From Amoebidium appalachense (taxonomy: Eukaryota; Protista; Ichthyosporea), in NCBI GenBank assembly GCA_963693365.1, contig CAVNZM010000013.1:3190722-3254721 (forward strand): DNA of 64,000 nucleotides. The letters are read 5' to 3'. The notes below the pieces were generated by a model. It was not told the origin of the DNA. It did not search any database and saw only the letters and a list, made by a program, of their open reading frames with translations. This document shows, one piece after another, positions 44,786-64,000 of this stretch (position 1 is the first letter of the stretch; each line of letters opens with the position of its first letter). The position numbers were made by a program, and so were the translations under genes.

Positions 44786-45754
44786 GTTTTTATGGTGTGC
44801 ATGCACGCACGTGCATGCGTGTGTGAGTGAGAGTGTGTGCGTGCGTGTGTGTGCTTGTGTGTGTGTGTGTGTGTGTGCGTGGTGAAAAAAGGAAGTGTGG
44901 TGCAAGCTCCAGTGCTTTCGGGTCGGGCCGGAGAATAGACAAGACAGATAAAGGACGAGAGAGAGAGGAAGGTATGTAAAAACTTACACGTCCTGAATTA
45001 GCCCCTTATAATTAGCTGCGTTGGGATCATGTTAACTCTAGCTATGGTTAATCAAGAGTAGGAGAGTGACCTGTTCTCTAACATTCGTAACAACAAGTGA
45101 CAGACGTTCGACGTCCACTGAGCCCTCGGAGCCCGGACCGGAACCAGGCAGTGCACATGAAACCGGTGAGGGACGGTTACTGAAATTGTTCGGATGAAGT
45201 TATCTCAGGGTTTTTATTATGTATATTTTGGTATATATGTGTGTAACACACATAGATACAATTTCAAATTGAAGTGTGTAGAGCGATCAAGATGTACTAA
45301 AAGTTTCTATCAGAAAACTGTGGTTTTGGAAGTGTCTGTCGGAGCCCCATATTGAGTTCTCCCTAGCTTTAACGTCATTCCGCATCTATGTTGTAACCCC
45401 CATCAACAGCCTTTATTGGATAATAGAAAACGGAAACTATGCAGCATGATCATTGCGCGCAATGGATTGGTTTCCAGCCTCCTCATAAAAATGGGGCCGG
45501 CCGGCAGACCTTCAGCAATAGCCAAGCCTGAAGAAGAACTGTGTGCACATAGGAACAGCATTTTGTTTTTTCACAAAGTATTTCTATTAGTGACTAAAGT
45601 TGGAAGATTTTCTTTTTCATTTTTTCCGGGAGTTGAACGGGAGCGCCAACGATTGGCATCTAACGCACCAATCATTGGCAACAAGTCCCCCCCCCCCCCT
45701 CCCCCCCCCCCCCCCCCCCCTCTCCCCCCTGGAGTCCCCCTCCCCTTTCCCCAG

Positions 45755-45789
<35 letters not shown>

Positions 45790-46072
45790 CCCCCCCCCCG
45801 GTGGGCACCTTGCCGCACCAAAGTTTCCTTTGCCTCCCCCGGCCCTCCCCACCCCTACCCACATTCCTCCTCCTCTTCACCTCTTCCCCGCTGGGGAATA
45901 TTTCATGGAAGGGCTGGCACAATCTGGCCATGGCGTGGAACCGGTGGTGTGCTGATCCCGGGCCCCGATCGAAATAAAATCCACTGGACAATTTTTCTTT
46001 CCTGACTGCATTTCGTCCTTGACAATTTGGTATGTAGTCAACGCTGTGCAAATGTGCGTGTGTCTGTCTGTG

Positions 46073-46193
<121 letters not shown>

Positions 46194-46413
46194 GGGTGTG
46201 GGTGTGCGTGTGCGTGTGGGTGTGCGTGTGCGTGTGCGTGTGCGTGTGTGCGTGACACTGTGTGTTCGAAGTTTTAATATACGGTGTGCGTGTGTGCATG
46301 CGCGCGTGTGCGTGTGTGTCAGTGTGTGCGTGTGCGTGTGTGCGTGACGTGTGTGTGTGCGTGTGCTTGTGTGTGGGTACATGTGTGTGTGTGACTGTCA
46401 CGTGTGTGTGCGT

Positions 46414-46536
<123 letters not shown>

Positions 46537-46641
46537 GGGAGGGAGGGAGGGAGGGAGGAAGGGAGGGCATAGTAGAGAGAGAGGGTGGGAGAGAGAAAGT
46601 GTGTGCTTGTGTCCGGTGTGTGTTTGTGTGTGTTGTCACAC

Positions 46642-46718
<77 letters not shown>

Positions 46719-46733
46719 CTGTGTGTGTCACAA

Positions 46734-46867
<134 letters not shown>

Positions 46868-47476
46868 CGGGGAAGGAGCTTTAGGGAGTCGAGGAAGGAG
46901 GTGGGGTGGGGGTGGGGTGGGATGTGTGTGTGTGTGTCCCGGGGGGGGGGGGGGGGGGGGGGGGGTATATGAGACGTGCTGGGATTCGTGCACTACATTA
47001 TGGATTGTTGCTTGGTCGATACGGCAGGAATACACATACATATGGACATGCACGATGATGCCGGATTTGAATTTTTGCCATCTTGTTGTCTTTTCTTTTC
47101 TTTTCTTTTTTCTCTCTTTCTCTCTTTCTTTTTTAACTTTTCATTTACTTTTTAACATTTCCCCCCATTATCATCGGAAATTGTTGTTAGCTTTCAAATT
47201 GTTTGCAATGCGCTTTGAATATTCTGGTCAGAAGTTTTTGTCCTCGAGCTCGTGATTAACGGTGGCATGTGTCGGGTTTTTGTTTGAAACGCAAACACCA
47301 TACTACACACAAAGAGGCGGACTTGTTAGGGCGCAGACACACACGTGGCACAGACACGGTATCATAGGCCGTGTGGTACACAGACATCATGATACACCTG
47401 TGCACACACACGCGAGCTCACACGCGCACACACACCCACCCACCCACCCACCCACCCACACCCACCCACCCACCGA

Positions 47477-47617
<141 letters not shown>

Positions 47618-48508
47618 GACACACACACAGAGTAACGCGCACACAGTGTGCTTGCGCGAGCACACACTCACGCCGTTAACGCTTGAAAAACAACAACGAT
47701 GTTGTGACACACATACACAAGAATGATGTACACATAAATATGGAAACACTTAGGAGCAATAAAGTTTCAAAGGCGATCTCTACGGCACGTGCCACACTTG
47801 CATCAAAAGCCACACCCCTTTCCGGCAGTACCCTGCAGCACACACACACAAGGACTGGAATTTCGTCGAATAATGGCAAACCAATTGATATTCTGTTGGT
47901 TTTGTAGGGAATCTAAAAAAAAAAGAAAAACATTTCCAGCCACCTGTTAAATGTTTTCAAACTGTTCACCGGGGGAACTCACAAACCCCCTCCCCCCCCC
48001 CCCCCCCCCCCCCCGCCCCCTCTCCCTCATCAAACCCCAACTCCTGGCCCGCCCCATCCACCTCCAACTTTCCTCTTCCCTCCAACCCCCCCCCCCCCTC
48101 CCCCCCCCCCCCCCCCCCCCTCCCCGCCCATAGTGTTTAAGTTTTTTGTTTCCACACCCCGTTATTTTAGCTCAACCCTCTTTGTTTATGTACTCATGAC
48201 AGTGCATGCTACATATGATCATGAACAAACGAGATAACACAGATATCTCATGATCAGAAATAAGATGCAGTACACCCATGTATTTTTTTAGATTTTTCAA
48301 TACCACATACCGATACCACATACCTATACGTGTGTGGTAAGCGTTCCCAGGACAGGTCGATGCAGGTCGATCTCCGGCCGAGTGCTCTAATCCTGACACA
48401 AAGTAGAGCACACAATTTTCGGGGCACGTGCGTGCGTGTATGTGCGTATGTGTATGTGTTTATGTGCACGCGGGCAGAAGTTTGTGTGTCTGCATTTTTT
48501 TTTTTTTT

Positions 48509-48990
<482 letters not shown>

Positions 48991-49011
48991 GGAGCGGGGG
49001 CCAGGGGGGGA

Positions 49012-49046
<35 letters not shown>

Positions 49047-49312
49047 TTGGGCGAAGGATGTCGACGATTCCCGACGTTCACAGAAAATCGCACCTACTGC
49101 AGTCGTGTTTTTCGATCGCCGATCGCCAGACCAAATCTCAAGCCAGTGTGTTTGCGCAATCAAAATTTGCACATATGCACGTGCACATGCACTCTCTCGC
49201 AGAGATATTGATATCTTCGGTGTGAGTTTGTAGTTGCAATGGTTGTAGGAATAGAGAGTTAAAACATCTCTGAAAGCGTTTTGTGAGGAGAAAGGTTGGA
49301 GTATTTTTTAAA

Positions 49313-63331
<14,019 letters not shown>

Positions 63332-63621
63332 GTAAATGCAGTCACTGTGCACACACACACACAGACACCCAGGCAGATATGGACATGCAGAGACATATAT
63401 ACGGGCGGACAGAGACATGCTGAACATGCACACTATACATGCTAAAGCACACACGCGCAAACACACAAACACACACACGGAGCACATGTACATACAGACA
63501 AGACACAGGCATGTGCAGGCAGAAACACGTGCATATAACACACACACACACACACACACCACACACACACACAAACACAAACACACACACGCACACACAC
63601 ACACACGCGCGCGCACACACA

Positions 63622-63713
<92 letters not shown>

Positions 63714-64000
63714 GCACGTACACAAATAACAAACAAACAAACAAACAAAAGAGAAGAAAAGGAAAAGAAAAAAGTAAGTACACACACACATACCGCACAC
63801 ACGGCCGACCCATTCTTTTTCGAAGTCCCTTGAGTGCAAAAGATGTGAAGCCAACTCCCAACGAAAAAAGGAAATAATGTCACCCTGGTATGCGCTAACA
63901 CGAAGCAAGCTTACGATAACCATCCCAAACCCCCCCCCCCCCCCCCCCCCCTTTCCCCTCCATCTCCCTAGTGGTCTTACAAATCCCCATTTTCACGCTT

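Overview
This is intron-rich eukaryotic DNA full of (CA/TG)n, (GA)n and poly-C/G tracts, so almost all of the ORF track is low-complexity noise. The gene content suggests a unicellular holozoan or protist, but that is inference only. Four spliced genes can be assembled by hand: a 5'-partial Tudor/C2H2/PHD chromatin reader (PHF20-like, +), a secreted protein with ~12 SdrD-B/Cna-B-type repeats and Pro/Thr mucin linkers (-), a multi-pass membrane class-3 lipase (-), and UTP3/SAS10 (+, 3'-partial). The intergenic region holds a non-autonomous hAT element (12-bp TIR, 8-bp TSD) and a 1.3-kb non-coding retroposon (15-bp TSD, (TAAAA)n tail, internal 41-bp array). The main finding is a ~250-270-nt non-coding dispersed element with at least 3 subfamilies and about 14 recognisable copies. 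Every copy I recognised is intronic and sense to its host gene, and the intact ones have variable 5' ends and a fixed 3' end running into poly-C. It carries all hammerhead ribozyme core motifs (GUH, CGAAAC, CUGANGA) with compensatory changes in all three stems, but in a non-circularly permuted order. It is a candidate new retrozyme-like family; catalytic activity is untested.
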